Made by a program: the position numbers and the translations under genes | From: Candidatus Delongbacteria bacterium | Lineage (GTDB): Bacteria > CAIWAD01 | DNA: 64,000 bases | Assembly (NCBI GenBank): GCA_963663545.1 | Contig: OY760505.1 | Span: forward strand, 256,001-320,000 | Direction of reading: 5' to 3' | Shown here: in pieces, positions 61,862 to 64,000 of the stretch | How the letters are laid out: each line of letters opens with the position of its first letter | Numbering within the stretch: the stretch's first letter is position 1 | The notes under the pieces: model-generated | The model's database searches: none | Seen by the model: the letters and a program-made list of their open reading frames with translations, nothing else | What the model was told of the DNA's origin: nothing

Positions 61862-62820
61862 GCGCACTCGACACCGTCGACTAGACTTCGGACCTCGCAC
61901 ATCGTCTAGTCGTTCGACGAAGCCGTGCTTCAGGTCTTTGCCATCTGCGCCTCGCTGCGAATATGCACGGCTTCAGTCCGTGTGTGTCCCGCGCTTTCAC
62001 GCGTGACTCCTCGGAGACTTCTCGCATTCGGTTTGAGCCGCTTGCGCCGCTCTGCGAATTCGCGAGAAATCTCCTCCTGGCCTTCAACGATTGCTGTCGA
62101 AGAGAAGACGAAGAATCGGCTGCCGATTCTTCAGCCATGCAGCCATCCTACCCAACAGCAAGCCCACCGAAATGGCCGCAAGGCCAGAGGTGAACGTCGA
62201 CTTACCCCTTAGCTTTGCTTCGGGTCAAGTCGCTCGCAGAATCCGCTTTGCGAATTCTGCCCTTCGGCGTGAACCAATGAGCGCTGCCCTCCAGCCATCA
62301 AATGGTGCCCTGCCCGCGTGTGTTTTGCTTCGCAAAACACCTCGACGAAGCCCCGCGCAAAACGTACCCGTACATGAAACTCCAGCCAATTGCGGGTCTT
62401 CGTCCATAGGATACAATGGGTTCCTACCGATGAAAGGATGAGACATGTCCCCTGCAGCCAGCCGTCTGTGAACGTCGACTTTGCTCGCAAAGTCGATCCG
62501 TCGACTTTGCCAAGCAAAGTCGATCGTGAACTCGTTAGCGTATCCCAAGGCATCAGCCATGCCCGACCAGGCGTCCTCGACGAGTCGTCGAGGGCCTCTG
62601 GGCGGGCGAGCGTTTTCTTTGCGCCACTTTCTTTGACGCGACAAAGAAAGTGGCATCTTCTTCGCTTAGCGCCAGCGTAAGCCCCGCGCCAGCGGCAAAG
62701 AGAGGACATCAGCCGAAAGGCAGCGCCTCGATACCGATTCGACTCCGATAGGAGTCGGCACCGATCCCGATACCGATACCGACTCAAGAAAATGGTGCAG
62801 AAGGGGCGCCCATCCCCTTG
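61862..62820. repeat. Right mosaic hairpin element, an inverted relative of 49731-51126
   Basis: Reverse-complement matches: 62005-62140 to about 50965-51100, 62170-62345 to about 50500-50675, 62610-62655 to about 50012-50060, 62729-62783 to about 49780-49830. Confidence 0.88.
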
Positions 62821-62859
62821 CTTTTTGCCCAGCAAAACCTGTTCTTTTGTTCACCTTTT

Positions 62860-64000
62860 ATGAACGCCAACGACTCGACATTCTGGCTCCACCTGCGGCT
62901 GCCCGACTTCGCGGTGCAGGTCGAAGAGCAACTGAATCCGGCCCTGCGCCGGTGTCCCTTCGCCCTCTGCACCAGCCTGGACGGCCACGGTCGCGTGCTG
63001 GCGCTGAGTCCAGCGGTGGAGCTGCCCGGCTTTCGCAAGGGCCATTCGGTGGGCGAGCTGCGAAGGCGCAGCGGCGAGGTGGAATGCCTGCCCTTTCAGC
63101 CCGCGCGCCTGCGCGCGGTTCACACTCGAGTGCTGCAACTGCTGCAGGAGCGCGTGCCCGCGGTCAGCGCCAGCGGCAGCACCGGGTTCAGCATAGCCCT
63201 GGCGGGTTGCCGTCACCTCTTCGCCAGCGCCGGGGATCTGGGACTGGAACTGCGCTCGCTTCTTTCGTCACGCGAGGGACTGCACTCGGCCATCGGGCTG
63301 GCCTCCAGTGCCCTAGGTGCGAGGCTGATCGCGCGGCGCGCTGAGGCGGGCGAAATCTGCGCTCTGGAAGAGGAAGAAGTGCAGAAGCTGCTGGATTCCT
63401 TTCCGCTGACCTGGCTGCCGGGGGTGGGCGGCCTGCGCGAGGAGCTGGCGGAGCTGGGCCTGCACCTCATCGGCGACGCACGCCTGCTGGATCCGGCCTG
63501 GCTGCGCCGCGTCTGTGGCGACCGCGCCCGTCTGCTCCTGCGCTCCTTGGGCGAGCTGGAACCGGGCCCGCGCCTGCGTTCGCTGCAAGTGGCCCGCCTA
63601 CAGGTGAAGGACGCGCACAAGGCAGCGACACACAAAACGCCCCTGCGCGTGGAGCGTTCGTTGCCGGTGGCCCAGAGCGATCCGGGCGCTCTCTGGCAGG
63701 AGCTTTTCGGTCTGCTGGACGAGGCCGCCCAGCGGCTACATGCGCTGGATCTGGAAGCGCGTCGTCTGCTATTGGCGGTGGAATGGGACGATGGTCGCGT
63801 CCTGCTGCGAGGCGCACCTGTGCTGCGGGAGCCGGGCGATAGCGCGCTGGCCGCGTTGCGTCACTGCGGTCGCGGGCTGCTGAGTCGTGCGCTGGACAGT
63901 CGCCGTCTGCGGGTGCGCGCCCTCAAGGTGGAGTTGGGATCGCTTTCGCAAGCGCCCCACACCGTCGACCTGTTCGCGGCGGCACAGCAGGAAAAGCTGC
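62860..64000 (+). CDS. Y-family DNA polymerase-like protein, ImuB-type (3' end outside window)
   Basis: Not in the ORF track; own translation: MNANDSTFWLHLRLPDFAVQVE…PALRRCP…SAIGLASSALGARLIAR…PLTWLPGVG…LAELGLHLIGD…TVDLF. Lacks the catalytic D of 'D.D.FF' and the SIDE motif. Confidence 0.78.
   Translation, partial: MNANDSTFWLHLRLPDFAVQVEEQLNPALRRCPFALCTSLDGHGRVLALSPAVELPGFRKGHSVGELRRRSGEVECLPFQPARLRAVHTRVLQLLQERVPAVSASGSTGFSIALAGCRHLFASAGDLGLELRSLLSSREGLHSAIGLASSALGARLIARRAEAGEICALEEEEVQKLLDSFPLTWLPGVGGLREELAELGLHLIGDARLLDPAWLRRVCGDRARLLLRSLGELEPGPRLRSLQVARLQVKDAHKAATHKTPLRVERSLPVAQSDPGALWQELFGLLDEAAQRLHALDLEARRLLLAVEWDDGRVLLRGAPVLREPGDSALAALRHCGRGLLSRALDSRRLRVRALKVELGSLSQAPHTVDLFAAAQQEKL

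Overview
GC-rich bacterial chromosome segment with almost all genes on the minus strand. The secreted proteins ending in a YPNPFNP-type sorting domain suggest an FCB-group-like organism (inference). From left to right it holds: (1) housekeeping genes: thioredoxin-like, a two-component pair whose NtrC-type AAA+ domain looks catalytically dead, HIT, mce, exonuclease-DinG, gcvPB/PA/H, accC/B, efp, ligA, apt; (2) two sorting-domain proteins, one of them broken; (3) a 165-bp tandem array of promoter plus tRNA-Gly 5' halves that ends in an intact tRNA-Gly(CCC); (4) an asparaginase-family gene and an iron/cobalamin-type ABC importer; (5) a ~25-kb flagellar cluster (flgB to fliR) with a giant 2,695-aa FliK made of ~40 47-aa repeats; (6) an integrase-less integron cassette array (4 clear attC sites, probable attI) with a TA pair and several candidate anti-phage cassettes (DUF4062-Mrr, REase-SIR2, HEPN-like, and an unusual coupled TM/DUF5919-like + ARMT1-like/methyltransferase pair), bracketed by inverted mosaic hairpin elements; (7) an ImuB-like Y-family gene running off the right end. 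The heptamer GTGAYAC is strongly over-represented across the window. All calls were made by eye, without database searches.
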